Shown one piece after another: positions 21,945 to 31,730 of a DNA stretch of 64,000 nucleotides. Origin of the DNA: Porphyromonas pasteri (GTDB lineage: Bacteria > Bacteroidota > Bacteroidia > Bacteroidales > Porphyromonadaceae); the NCBI RefSeq assembly GCF_014647755.1, contig NZ_BMPU01000001.1, positions 850,382 through 914,381 of the forward strand. Reading direction: 5' to 3'. Position 1 is the stretch's first letter, and each line of letters opens with the position of its first letter. The position numbers were made by a program, and so were the translations under genes. The notes under the pieces were generated by a model. It was not told the origin of the DNA. It searched no databases and saw only the letters and a list, made by a program, of their open reading frames with translations.

Positions 21945-22040
21945 GCTTATCTACGTAGGTAGATTTATCATCCACGCACGTAAACTTTAAGATCCATATG
22001 CGTAGATTTTAGATCCAGGCACGTAGACAGAAGTAATGCT
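21945..22040. repeat. degenerate copy (a) of the ACGT-palindrome repeat family (same orientation as copies b and f)
   Basis: ...ATCTACGTAGGTAGATTT...CACGCACGTAAAC...ATGCGTAGATTTTAGATCCAGGCACGTAGACAG aligns with 28021-28105 and 59120-59205, with many substitutions. Confidence 0.5.
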
Positions 22041-22505
22041 ATACTCGTTCGTGGCTCTACCACTACGCCGTGGAAGCTTTTCCTTCGGCTGCGTGGAACT
22101 TTCCCTGTATAGGAATGCCCTCGCAAGTCAATGAAGACACAAGGGACTCCCGCCCCAATGACGGTAGCTCTCCCCAGCTAATGAGACTCCGACGACGGCA
22201 CAGGCGAAGGCACTCCATCCCCCCCTTCTCGGAGGTATGACACCAAAGCTCCAAGAGGAGACACAGCACAATTCCGGCAATTCTTCACCGAGTCGTTTGG
22301 CACATCTTGGATTTTCAATCTACACTATCACACAGCACATTAAGCATCAAAAAGGAAAATCCTGAGTGGTAGTCACGGCAAATCTTCCACGCTTCATCAA
22401 GGGGTAGAAGGTTCATTTATAAGAGCTGAGCATCGCCCATCCTCGGAGGGAGGAGCTGGTAGGCAAGGGAAAAGACAAGAGAAAAGCGGGGGAAAGCAAT
22501 GAATA

Positions 22506-22537
22506 TTTGGTTGATAACATTTTGTTACCTACCTTTG
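22506..22537 (+). promoter_or_regulatory. candidate Bacteroidetes sigma-A promoter (TTTG-N19-TAccTTTG) for the HU-like gene
   Basis: TTTG at 22506-22509, a 19-nt spacer, then TACCTTTG at 22530-22537. Matches the -33/-7 consensus TTTG/TAnnTTTG. ~65-nt leader to the ATG at 22608. Confidence 0.5.
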
Positions 22538-22607
22538 CATCGCAAATCACCTATGTAAGGTAATTCCATTTACCACACATAGGTCACTCCTAAAAACGAT
22601 AAGAAAT

Positions 22608-23006
22608 ATGATGACTCTTGAGATAAAGAGTAAGGTATCTAAGCAGGGCCTTCGCGCCGGCAAGACGCTTTACTACGCCTACCCCACGAAGCGTGAGAAG
22701 CTAAGCATCGACCAAGTGATGGAGCAGATCAGCAGTATTTGCTCGCTCTCCCGCATCGATGTGGAGTCCGCTCTGCGTGCCTTCGCCGAGGTCGTATGTA
22801 CGAGCTTCGAGCAAGGCGTCGGCGTCGACCTCGGAGAGATGGGTACACTGATGCCCTTCGTCCAAGGCAAGCTGATGAACACCCCCGAGGAGGTCACCGA
22901 AGCGACCCTCCAGCCTGCGAAGATCATCATGCACCCGAAGAAGAATATCCGCCAAGCGCTCGGCCGCATCACCTGCCAGATCAAGCGCGAGCCCTCCCAA
23001 GACTAA
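22608..23006 (+). CDS. HU-family-like DNA-binding protein (Bacteroidetes type)
   Basis: 132 aa, basic, resembling the Bacteroidales HU-like family. Assignment moderate. Confidence 0.5.
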   Translation: MMTLEIKSKVSKQGLRAGKTLYYAYPTKREKLSIDQVMEQISSICSLSRIDVESALRAFAEVVCTSFEQGVGVDLGEMGTLMPFVQGKLMNTPEEVTEATLQPAKIIMHPKKNIRQALGRITCQIKREPSQD

Positions 23007-23028
23007 GTAAGAATAAGAAATAGCTATA

Positions 23029-24399
23029 ATGGATCTACGTTTATCAGTACGCACCAAGCGTATAGCCCTCCTTCTCACAGGGCTCGTGGCCAGCACGTCG
23101 CTGCTCTCTGCCCAAGAGAAGCTCACCCTCGACGAGTGCCGCGAAATGGCCAAGACCCACAGCCGGGTGCTCCAGCAGAAGGACGCCGAGCGCGAAGCTG
23201 CCCACGCCCGCAAGCAAGAGGTCTTCACAAAGTTCTTCCCTCAGGTGACGGCTCGCGGAGCCTACCTGCATATGCAGAAGGAATTCCACCTCATCGACTG
23301 GGACAAGCCCCTGGGCTCCTTCAACTTCCTCATCCCCGATCGTCTGCGTCACCTCGGCACCGTCGACCTGCGCAACGTATGGGTAGCCAACGTCACCGCC
23401 ATCCAGCCCATCTACCTCGGTGGTAAGATCACCACGGGCTATCAGATGGCCTCGCTCGCCGAGCAGCTCCAGGACAACCTCCGTGAGACAGCTGCCACGG
23501 AGATCGAGACGAAGGTCGATGAGACCTATTGGCAGATCATCTCCCTCGACAGCAAGTCCCGCCTACTTGACCAGCTCGTGACCCTACTGACGCAGACCGT
23601 GCGCGACGTAGATGCCTCTATCGCAGCTGGTGTAGCGACGAAGGCCGACGGCCTCTCCGTCCGCACGAAGCTCAGCGAAGCCGAGGTCAAGCGCAGTCAG
23701 GTACAGAATGGCCTCGAGCTCTCGAAGATGCTCTTGGCTGACCTCTGTGGGCTGGAGTCCTCTGCCGACATCCATCTGGCAGACGAAGGACAGATCGAGC
23801 TTGCCCTCCCCGCTCCTACTGAGCGCCTGCAGGCAGAGGACCTTCCCGCCGCCGTCGAGCGTCGTAGCGAAGTGCGCTCCCTGCGTATGGTCGACACCAT
23901 CTATAGCAAGCGCGTGCGTATGGAGACGGCAGAGCTCCTACCTAAGGTCTACGGCTTCGCCAGCTATTCGGCTACGAACCCCAATAGCTTCAATGGTCCG
24001 AAGAAGGAATTTGGCGGACAGTATTACCTCGGTGCGATGCTTCAGGTACCCATCTCCGACCTCTTCTCAGGCTCCTTCCGCCGTCGTCAGGCTAAGGCCG
24101 AGCACCGTGTCAAGCAGCTCGAGCTCGCCGAAGCCCGCAGTAAGATCACCCTGCAGATGAAGCAGGCACTCCGTACAGCTGACGATGCTCGCCGTGCCTA
24201 CCAGACGGCTCTCAAGGCGGTCGAGATGGCACGCGAGAACATGCGCTACGCCGAAGTCGGCTACAAGGAAGGCGTCATCCCCCTGCTCAACTACACTATG
24301 GCGCAGACCGCCTGGATGAGCGCACAAGACAGCCTCATCGACGCGCAGATCCGCGTCCTCCTCTCCGAAAGCAAACTGAAGAATATCCTTGCCCTATAA
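23029..24399 (+). CDS. TolC family outer-membrane efflux protein
   Basis: 456 aa. Signal peptide, then two repeats of the OEP coiled-coil/beta pattern (...TAIQPIYLGGKITTGYQMA...; ...LQVPISDLFSG...). Confidence 0.8.
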   Translation: MDLRLSVRTKRIALLLTGLVASTSLLSAQEKLTLDECREMAKTHSRVLQQKDAEREAAHARKQEVFTKFFPQVTARGAYLHMQKEFHLIDWDKPLGSFNFLIPDRLRHLGTVDLRNVWVANVTAIQPIYLGGKITTGYQMASLAEQLQDNLRETAATEIETKVDETYWQIISLDSKSRLLDQLVTLLTQTVRDVDASIAAGVATKADGLSVRTKLSEAEVKRSQVQNGLELSKMLLADLCGLESSADIHLADEGQIELALPAPTERLQAEDLPAAVERRSEVRSLRMVDTIYSKRVRMETAELLPKVYGFASYSATNPNSFNGPKKEFGGQYYLGAMLQVPISDLFSGSFRRRQAKAEHRVKQLELAEARSKITLQMKQALRTADDARRAYQTALKAVEMARENMRYAEVGYKEGVIPLLNYTMAQTAWMSAQDSLIDAQIRVLLSESKLKNILAL

Positions 24400-25441
24400 A
24401 ACAATGAGTACTCAACCCACCCAGCAGCCCACGCAGAACGAGGCTGCCAATGCATCGTCCAAGAAAAGTATCATCTTCGGCGTCGGTATCGTCGTCGTAG
24501 CTATGGTCCTCTTAGCCCTCTCTGGCTTCATCTTCTTCGGTGAGAAGGAGGATATCATCACCGGCCAAGTAGAGGTCGATGAAGTACGCATCGCGGGCAA
24601 GGTCCCAGGTCGTATCACCGAGTTCCTCGTCAGCGAAGGCCAGAGCGTACATCGTGGCGACACCCTTGTACGCATCTATTCGCCCGAAGTCCTCGCTAAG
24701 CTCGAGCAAGCTCAGGCTGCTAAGTCCGCTGCCGAAGCCCAGAGCCAGAAGGCACAGGCTGGTGCTCGTAAGGAGCAGAAGGAAGGCGCCTACGAGATGT
24801 GGCAGAAGGCTAAGGCTGGCCTCGAGGTCGCAGAGAAGAGCTTCGAGCGCGTCGAGCGCCTCTACAAGGAAGGCGTCCTCCCCGCACAGAAGTACGACGA
24901 AGCCACCGCTCAGCTCAACGCCATGCGCGCTACCGAGCGTGCTGCTCGCAGCCAGTACGATATGGCGATGAACGGTGCTCAGCGTGAGGACAAGTGGGCT
25001 GCTCAGGCTCTCGTCGAGCGCGCTGCAGGTGCTATCACCGAGGTCGACGCTTACCTCAAGGAGGGTGCGCTCATCGCTCCCGTCGACGGTATCATCTCCG
25101 AGATCTACCCTCATCAGGGCGAGCTCGTCGGTACGGGCGCTCCTATCATGAGCATCTCCGACTACCGCGCCGTGCGTGTCCTCTTCGCTGTGCGCGAAGA
25201 CAAGCTCGCCGGCCTACGTCAGGGCAGCAAGCTCCACGGCACTATCCCCGCCCTCGGTGGGAAGAAGGTCGAGCTAACTGTCTCGAAGATGAAGGACATG
25301 GGGAACTACGCCACGTGGAAGGCTACGAAGCCCCGCGACCAGCACGACCTGCGCACCTTCGAAGTAACTGCTCAGCCCACCCAGCCTGTCGAAGGTCTGC
25401 TGGCGGGTATGACGATCGTACTTGACAAGGGTCAGCTCTAA
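24389..25441 (+). CDS. HlyD family membrane-fusion (periplasmic adaptor) protein
   Basis: 350 aa. N-terminal TM, biotinyl/lipoyl-like beta hairpins flanking a long coiled coil. Overlaps the tolC stop by 11 nt. Confidence 0.8.
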   Translation: MPYKTMSTQPTQQPTQNEAANASSKKSIIFGVGIVVVAMVLLALSGFIFFGEKEDIITGQVEVDEVRIAGKVPGRITEFLVSEGQSVHRGDTLVRIYSPEVLAKLEQAQAAKSAAEAQSQKAQAGARKEQKEGAYEMWQKAKAGLEVAEKSFERVERLYKEGVLPAQKYDEATAQLNAMRATERAARSQYDMAMNGAQREDKWAAQALVERAAGAITEVDAYLKEGALIAPVDGIISEIYPHQGELVGTGAPIMSISDYRAVRVLFAVREDKLAGLRQGSKLHGTIPALGGKKVELTVSKMKDMGNYATWKATKPRDQHDLRTFEVTAQPTQPVEGLLAGMTIVLDKGQL

Positions 25442-26615
25442 GATGTCAACCCCCAAGACAGGTCTGGGTGCCGTACTGAGGCGCGAACTCCGCTACCTCA
25501 CGACGCGCCCTATCTACCTCTTCGCCATCTTCGGGGCACCGCTCTTGGTCACCCTTATGCTCCTCTACATGATGGGCGGAGGACTCCCGACCAATATGCC
25601 CGTAGCGGTCGTGGACGAAGACCACACCGCTACCTCGCGTGCCCTCACACGTAGCCTCGACGCCTTCCAGAGCTCTGAGGTAGTCCTCGAGGCAGCCTCG
25701 ATGCCCGAGGCGCTCGAAGCGATGCGCCGTGGGGAGGTCTATGCGATCTTCCACATCCCCTCCGGCCTGCAGGCGGGTGCGGGATCGGCACGTCAGCCCA
25801 AGCTCCACTATTATACCAATAGCGCCTACCTGATGGCAGGGAGCTTCACCTTCCGCGATATGAAGATGCTCTCCGAGCTTGCTTCGGCCAAGGTCGGCCT
25901 TCAGACCGGCCAAGCCAAGGGTAAGACGATGGAGGAGATTATGGCTACCGTGCAGCCCATCGTCGTGCGCAATGAGGTGATGAGTAATCCCTGGCTGAAC
26001 TATTCGGCCTACCTCACCACGACGATCCTCCCTGGTATCCTGCAGCTGATGATCCTACTCCTCACCTCGTACAGCATTGGTCTCGAGATCAAGCGCGGTA
26101 CGGCGAGCGAATGGCTTCGTCTGGCTAAGGGCTCGATGAGCCGTGCGCTCATCGGCAAGCTCCTGCCGCAGACCATCCTCTTCGTCCTCTCGGGCTGGAT
26201 CATCCAGGGTATCCTCTACGGCTGGATGGGCTACCCCCTGCAGTCGGGCTGGGCACCGATGGCGCTTGCCATGCTCTTCCTCGTGCTGGCAGCTCAGGCT
26301 CTCGGTATCTTCTTCATCTCGCTGATCCCCGTGCTCCGCATGGGGATGAGCCTCGGTAGCCTCCTCGGGATGCTGTCCTTCTCGATCTCAGGGATGAGTA
26401 TCCCCGTGAGCTCGATGATCGCACCGATGCAGACGCTGGCCTATATCTTCCCCCTGCGCTACTACTTCCGCATAGGGATCAATCAGGCGCTCATCGGGGC
26501 CCCCTTCGCCGACTCGCTCCCCCAATATATCGGGCTACTCGCCTTCATATTCCTGCCGCTCATCATGCTGCCTCGTCTGAGGAAGTACCTCCTGAATGTC
26601 GGCTATATCGCTTGA
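25422..26615 (+). CDS. ABC-2 type transporter permease
   Basis: 397 aa. N-terminal TM, periplasmic loop, then a 5-TM ABC-2 permease core. Overlaps its neighbours by 20 nt. Confidence 0.75.
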   Translation: MTRVSSKMSTPKTGLGAVLRRELRYLTTRPIYLFAIFGAPLLVTLMLLYMMGGGLPTNMPVAVVDEDHTATSRALTRSLDAFQSSEVVLEAASMPEALEAMRRGEVYAIFHIPSGLQAGAGSARQPKLHYYTNSAYLMAGSFTFRDMKMLSELASAKVGLQTGQAKGKTMEEIMATVQPIVVRNEVMSNPWLNYSAYLTTTILPGILQLMILLLTSYSIGLEIKRGTASEWLRLAKGSMSRALIGKLLPQTILFVLSGWIIQGILYGWMGYPLQSGWAPMALAMLFLVLAAQALGIFFISLIPVLRMGMSLGSLLGMLSFSISGMSIPVSSMIAPMQTLAYIFPLRYYFRIGINQALIGAPFADSLPQYIGLLAFIFLPLIMLPRLRKYLLNVGYIA

Positions 26616-27807
26616 TGCTTCTATGAATATCATCCGATCTCTCAGACTCCGTATGAGTGACCTCTGGCAGGTCTGCCTCAGGGAGTTCCGTCATATCTTC
26701 GCCGACAGCGGGGCTATCCTCTTCTTCCTCGTCGTCCCCTTCGCCTATCCCTTCCTCTACTCCGCCCTCTATGGGAGCGAAGTCGTGCGGGAGGCACCAC
26801 TGGTCGTCATCGACAAGAGCCACACGGCACACTCACGCGAATTCATTCGCCGTGTCGACGCTTCGCCCGATGTACGTGTGGTAGCTCATGTCGCAGGGGA
26901 GTCAGAGGCCTACCGCCTCATCGGGGAGGAGCGTGCCTACGGCATCTTGATTATCCCCGAGGACTTCGATCGTATGCTGATGAGCGGGCGCCAAGCGCAC
27001 GTTGATCTGCATGCGACCTTCGTCTCCGCACTCTACTATAAGGCCTTCTCTCTGGCGACGACCGAGGTAGCGCTGACGATGGGGCGCGAAATCGAAGCGG
27101 AGCGCCACCACGGCCCCTCCAGCGAAGCCACACGTATCTCCGTCCGCCCCATCGAGAGCGAATGGGTCGTACCCTACAACCCGCAAGGGGGCTTCCAAGG
27201 CTTCCTCCTGCCTGGGGTGCTGGTGCTGATCATCCAGCAGACGCTCCTCATCGGCATTGCGATGATGTCGGGTACGCAGCGTGAGCATGGCGGGCTGAGC
27301 ACGCCTGTGCAGTACGTCGGAGGGCACTACGTCAGCGTGATGCGCCTCCTCATAGGTCGTGCGATCTGCTACTTCACCCTCTACTCGGTGACGTCGCTCT
27401 TCACGCTGGTCGTCGCACCCTGGCTCTTCGGCCTGCCACAGCTGACGGACTTCACGACCTATGTGCTGCTCTTCCTGCCGATGATCCTGGCGATGATCTT
27501 CTTCTCTCTCGGCTGTAGTCTCCTGACGCGCCACCGTGAGAAGGCGATGATCCTCTGGGTCTTCACCTCGGTACCCTTCCTCTTCCTCACGGGGCTGTCG
27601 TGGCCTCTGTCGGCTATCCCTGGTCCCTTGCGCGCGCTGGGCTATCTCATCCCCTCGACGCCTGGCGTCCAAGCCTTCGTCGCCGTGAGCAGTATGGGCG
27701 CACAGCTCTCCGACATTCTACCGCAGTACATCACGCTGTGGGTACAGGCTCTGGTCTACTTCCTGATCACGTCCTTCGCCTACGCTCGCGTACTGCGCCG
27801 CTCTTAG
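26596..27807 (+). CDS. ABC-2 type transporter permease (second paralog)
   Basis: 403 aa with the same architecture as the preceding permease. Confidence 0.75.
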   Translation: MSAISLDASMNIIRSLRLRMSDLWQVCLREFRHIFADSGAILFFLVVPFAYPFLYSALYGSEVVREAPLVVIDKSHTAHSREFIRRVDASPDVRVVAHVAGESEAYRLIGEERAYGILIIPEDFDRMLMSGRQAHVDLHATFVSALYYKAFSLATTEVALTMGREIEAERHHGPSSEATRISVRPIESEWVVPYNPQGGFQGFLLPGVLVLIIQQTLLIGIAMMSGTQREHGGLSTPVQYVGGHYVSVMRLLIGRAICYFTLYSVTSLFTLVVAPWLFGLPQLTDFTTYVLLFLPMILAMIFFSLGCSLLTRHREKAMILWVFTSVPFLFLTGLSWPLSAIPGPLRALGYLIPSTPGVQAFVAVSSMGAQLSDILPQYITLWVQALVYFLITSFAYARVLRRS

Positions 27808-27828
27808 CGCATCACTTAGTCGTATCAA

Positions 27829-27874
27829 ACGTGCGAGGCCCGAAGCATCTCTGCTTCGGGCCTCGTACGTTTTA
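27829..27874 (+). terminator. rho-independent terminator after the efflux operon
   Basis: ACGTGCGAGGCCCGAAGC-atctct-GCTTCGGGCCTCGTACGT followed by TTTT. Confidence 0.75.
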
Positions 27875-27982
27875 CACCACCAAGATAAGACTATTTGCGC
27901 TCAAGCTTCATACGGTAGCGCAATTTCGGAGTCCGTCCCTTCGGAGAGAAAAGCTGAAAGTAGTAGTCAAATGATTTCCTCT

Positions 27983-28215
27983 GAGTACGAATAAAAGTTG
28001 CTGACGAATAGCTGATGAGTTTGATCTACGTGCGTGGCTCTAAAATCTACGTGCGTAGTCTTTGGGATTTACGTACATAGTCTTTAAGACTACGTGCGTA
28101 GACAAAGGAAAAGCACTATGGGAAGCTCCCTTTTCCTTCACGAGAATGTAGATTTTGCTCCGCTGGGCAAGAAAAAACCCCGTGATAGGGTTCCCACCAC
28201 CCTCCCACAGCATTA
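27983..28215. repeat. copy (b) of the ACGT-palindrome repeat family, inverted orientation, upstream of the ABC ATPase gene
   Basis: GAGTACGAATAAAAGTTG...ATCTACGTGCGTGGCTCTAAAATCTACGTGCGTAGTCTTTGGGATTTACGTACATAGTCTTTAAGACTACGTGCGTAGAC... is the reverse complement of copies c, d and e with substitutions. Confidence 0.8.
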
Positions 28216-28336
28216 TTCTTGCATCATAAGCTGATAATCCATATCTTGCACGTTGATAATCACGGGGGTGCAGTCGCACAGACCCGCATTTTCCCTCCCC
28301 CAAGAATACAAGCGACTAAGCATAGTCCATCTCTCC

Positions 28337-28981
28337 ATGCAGCAAATCACCCTCTCCCAAGTCCTACCCGAGGTCTTCCGTGAGCGTACCGATCTCATCT
28401 CCGAGGTCTGGCGACAGGAGCTCAGTCTCGAGCGGAGCAAGCACTATCTCATAGAAGCCTCTTCCGGCGCTGGTAAGTCGTCCTTCTGTAGCTTCGTCTA
28501 CGGCTGGCGTGGCGACTACTCGGGGCGCATCGCCTTTGACGGACAAGATATCCGCGCACTCTCCGCCTCAGCCTGGGGGCGCATCCGACGTGAGTCCCTG
28601 AGCTTCCTCTTCCAGGATATGCGCCTCTTCGGCGAGCTAACGGCTTGGGACAACGTGTGGATCAAGAACCAACTCACAGGGCATAAGGACCGCCAGACTA
28701 TCGAGAGCTACTTCGAGGCACTCGGTATTGCCGAGAAGCTCAAGAGCCCCGCACGCCTGCTGTCCCTCGGGCAGCAGCAGCGCCTTGCCGCTATCCGCTC
28801 GCTCTGTCAGCCCTTCGACTTCCTCCTCCTCGACGAGCCCATCAGCCACCTCGATGAGGCGAACGGCCGCACGCTCGCAGGGCTCATCACCACCGAAGCC
28901 ACCGCCCAAGGCGCCTCCGTCATCGTCACCTCCGTAGGCAAGCACCTACCGCTGGAGTATCACCACACCTACCAGCTATAG
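28337..28981 (+). CDS. ABC transporter ATP-binding protein
   Basis: Walker A SGAGKSS, signature LSLGQQQR, Walker B LLLDEP. Start taken at the internal Met; the ORF tracker's 28253 start lies inside the repeat. Confidence 0.8.
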   Translation: MQQITLSQVLPEVFRERTDLISEVWRQELSLERSKHYLIEASSGAGKSSFCSFVYGWRGDYSGRIAFDGQDIRALSASAWGRIRRESLSFLFQDMRLFGELTAWDNVWIKNQLTGHKDRQTIESYFEALGIAEKLKSPARLLSLGQQQRLAAIRSLCQPFDFLLLDEPISHLDEANGRTLAGLITTEATAQGASVIVTSVGKHLPLEYHHTYQL

Positions 28982-28985
28982 CCCT

Positions 28986-30185
28986 ATGAATAGACTTGTC
29001 ATACGCCTGCTGAGCCGTCATATCAGCCCACTGCAGCTCTTCGGCTTCTTCGTCGCCAATCTCATCGGCATGGCTATCATCCTACTCGGATGCCAGTTCT
29101 ACCAAGATGCGACGAGCGTCCTCGGTGCGAAGGATCGCTTCATGAAGGGCGACTACATCATCATCAGCAAGCAGGTACGCGGTGGCATCTTCGGCGGGAA
29201 GAAGAGCAACAGCTTCTCCGCCAGCGAAATCGAAGAGCTATCGAAGCAAGACTTTGCCCTGCGTGTCGGGCGCTTCCTCCCCTCGAAGTTCCGTGTGTCG
29301 GCTGGCCTGACGCTCGGCATCGGGATGTCGACGTATATGTTCTTCGAAGCCGTACCCGAAGAGTTCCTCGACGTGAAGGCCGAGGACTGGAAGTACGACC
29401 CGAATAGCGATGAGGTGCCTATCATCATCCCACGCAACTACCTCGGGCTGTACAACTCTGCCTTCGCGCAGAGCCAGGGCCTTCCGCTTCTCTCCGAGGC
29501 GACGATGAGTAGCCTTCCCCTCCAGCTTGACCTCTCGGGCGCTGGCGAAGAGGTCCAGCTACGTGGCCGTATCGTAGGCTTCTCCAACCGCCTCAATACG
29601 CTACTCGTCCCCCTACCCTTCCTCGAGGCGATGAACGAACGCTTGGCACCTGGTGCCGAAGCCCCCTCGACACGCCTCATCGTCGAGGTCAAGAGTCCTT
29701 CCGATCCAGCCATCACGCTCTACCTGCGTGACCACCACTATGAGAGCGAAGGCGAGCGCCTGGCGTCAGGCGAATCGATGTACCTCCTGCGACTCCTCGC
29801 GGGACTTGTCTTAGCTATCGGGGTACTCATCTCCGCCCTCTCGGTCTATCTGCTTCTCCTCTCGATATACCTGCTCCTGCAGAAGAATACGCGACAGATC
29901 GAGGATCTCCTACTGCTCGGCTACACGCGTAGTGCCGTCATCCGCCCCTACATCGCACTGACGCTCCTCGTACAGTGTGCTGTCCTCGGCCTTAGCCTCG
30001 TCGCTGTAGCCTATGCCCGCGGCTACTATATCGAGGCAGCTCAGCGCCTACTCTCTGACGAAGTGAGCGGAGGGCTTGGTACGACCGCCCTCATCGGTGT
30101 CGGCATCTTCCTCATCACAGCGCTCATCAATACGCTCTCCATCCGCCACAAGGTGCACAGCCTACGCCTCTTCGCTAAGGCATAG
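28986..30185 (+). CDS. FtsX-like ABC transporter permease
   Basis: 399 aa. N-terminal TM, large periplasmic domain, C-terminal 3-TM FtsX-type bundle. Immediately follows the ATPase. Confidence 0.7.
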   Translation: MNRLVIRLLSRHISPLQLFGFFVANLIGMAIILLGCQFYQDATSVLGAKDRFMKGDYIIISKQVRGGIFGGKKSNSFSASEIEELSKQDFALRVGRFLPSKFRVSAGLTLGIGMSTYMFFEAVPEEFLDVKAEDWKYDPNSDEVPIIIPRNYLGLYNSAFAQSQGLPLLSEATMSSLPLQLDLSGAGEEVQLRGRIVGFSNRLNTLLVPLPFLEAMNERLAPGAEAPSTRLIVEVKSPSDPAITLYLRDHHYESEGERLASGESMYLLRLLAGLVLAIGVLISALSVYLLLLSIYLLLQKNTRQIEDLLLLGYTRSAVIRPYIALTLLVQCAVLGLSLVAVAYARGYYIEAAQRLLSDEVSGGLGTTALIGVGIFLITALINTLSIRHKVHSLRLFAKA

Positions 30186-30202
30186 CCTCCACTAAGCGCC
30201 AC

Positions 30203-30252
30203 AAAAGCATAAGCCCGTGCCCCCAGATATGGGAGCACGGGCTTATGCTTTT
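30203..30252. terminator. bidirectional terminator hairpin between ftsX-like gene and merR
   Basis: AAAAGCATAAGCCCGTGC-ccccagatatgggagc-ACGGGCTTATGCTTTT. Confidence 0.7.
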
Positions 30253-30285
30253 ATCGGCTTTTCAGCTGACTACGGCGAGGGGCGA

Positions 30286-30606
30286 TTAGCCGAGTGCCTT
30301 ACGCAGCTCATCGAGCTGCTGACGGATCTGCCGTAGGCGGAGCAGCGTGTCGGCGCGCGACTCGAGGGAGGACTGACGGACGCGAAGCTGGGCATTCGCC
30401 CCCTCGATCGTCATCCCCTTCTCTCGCAGGAGGAGCTGTATGGTGCGTAGCGTCTCGATATCCCGCTCGGTGTACTGCCGCACGCCCTTAGGGGAGATGT
30501 GAGGCGATACCTGCGGGAAGACCGTCTCCCAGTAGCGGACGGTCGAGACGGGCTCACCGAGCTGGTGCGCCACCTCCTTGATGCGGTAGAAGAGTCGCTT
30601 AGCCAT
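30286..30606 (-). CDS. MerR family transcriptional regulator
   Basis: 106 aa. N-terminal HTH (YRIKEVAHQLGEPVSTVRYWE) plus coiled-coil dimerisation helix. Confidence 0.75.
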   Translation of the reverse strand: MAKRLFYRIKEVAHQLGEPVSTVRYWETVFPQVSPHISPKGVRQYTERDIETLRTIQLLLREKGMTIEGANAQLRVRQSSLESRADTLLRLRQIRQQLDELRKALG

Positions 30607-30618
30607 AGCTGCGAGAGC

Positions 30619-31668
30619 TTACTTTGCTGCGGGGATGTAGGTCTCGAGGAGCTTGACCTTGCCCACGGGTGTGAGGGTGAGCGAAGGATTGGAAGCAGGG
30701 ACGAGTACGCTCTGACCCTGATGCAGCTCGACGACCGTGCCGTCAGCATCCGTCAGACGTACGCCACCCTCCATACAGATGTAGATGACGAAGCTATCCA
30801 GCTTAGACCAGTCGCGAGCAAGTGGGGCATCGAGGTCGAGGAGGTTCGTCTCGAAGTAGCGGCAAGATACCAGCTCTACGGGAGCATCTACCTGAGGCGT
30901 GTAAGCCGTGCGGTAGTCCTCCTCGAGGTGATAGTCGATGGCGTCCTTCGCCAGCTCGGTGTGGAGCTCACGCTTGTTGCCCGCAGCATCCGTACGATCA
31001 TAGTCGTAGATACGGTAGGTGATATTAGAGGTCTGCTGGATCTCAGCGATGAAGCAGCCTGCACCGATAGCGTGGACACGGCCTGCGGGGAGGAAGAAGA
31101 CGTCACCAGCATTCACTTCGTACTCGGCGAGAGCCTCGACGATGGTGCCTTCTTCGATACGGCGCACGTAGTCCTCGGGCGAAGACTGCACGGCGAAGCC
31201 ACTATAGAGCTTAGCCCCTGGGGTCGCGTTGATGACGTACCACATCTCGGTCTTCCCGAAGGAATTGTGACGCTTGAGACCGAGGGCATCATCGGGATGC
31301 ACCTGGATAGAGAGGTAGTCGCGGGCATCGATGAACTTGATGAGCAGGGGGAAGCGGCGACCAAAGCGCTCGAGGACGCTCTTACCGACGAGCTCTTCGC
31401 CGTAGGTATGGATCAGTTCGTCGAGGTTCTTCCCAGCGAGCGGGCCAGCTGCGACGACGGAGTAATTGTCGTCGACGTGAGAGATTTCCCAGCTCTCACC
31501 GACCTTCTTATCGTCGGGGGTAAGACCTTTGAATGGGCGGATAGCACTGCCGCCCCAGATGACTTCCTTCAAGAGAGGCTCGAAGGTCAGGGGATATAGT
31601 TTATTGATAGACATAATGGGATGTATGATATCGTGGAGATATACGTGGATTGTCGGATGACGGTGCAA
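30619..31668 (-). CDS. manA: mannose-6-phosphate isomerase, class I
   Basis: 349 aa. Cupin PMI type-I pattern (WGGS..., QVHPDD, GDVFFLPAGRVHAIGAG). Confidence 0.8.
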   Translation of the reverse strand: MHRHPTIHVYLHDIIHPIMSINKLYPLTFEPLLKEVIWGGSAIRPFKGLTPDDKKVGESWEISHVDDNYSVVAAGPLAGKNLDELIHTYGEELVGKSVLERFGRRFPLLIKFIDARDYLSIQVHPDDALGLKRHNSFGKTEMWYVINATPGAKLYSGFAVQSSPEDYVRRIEEGTIVEALAEYEVNAGDVFFLPAGRVHAIGAGCFIAEIQQTSNITYRIYDYDRTDAAGNKRELHTELAKDAIDYHLEEDYRTAYTPQVDAPVELVSCRYFETNLLDLDAPLARDWSKLDSFVIYICMEGGVRLTDADGTVVELHQGQSVLVPASNPSLTLTPVGKVKLLETYIPAAK

Positions 31669-31730
31669 AGGTAGTCATTATAGCCTCTACACCCTATTTA
31701 TACATAGGTACAAAGAGAAGAAGCGAGCGC

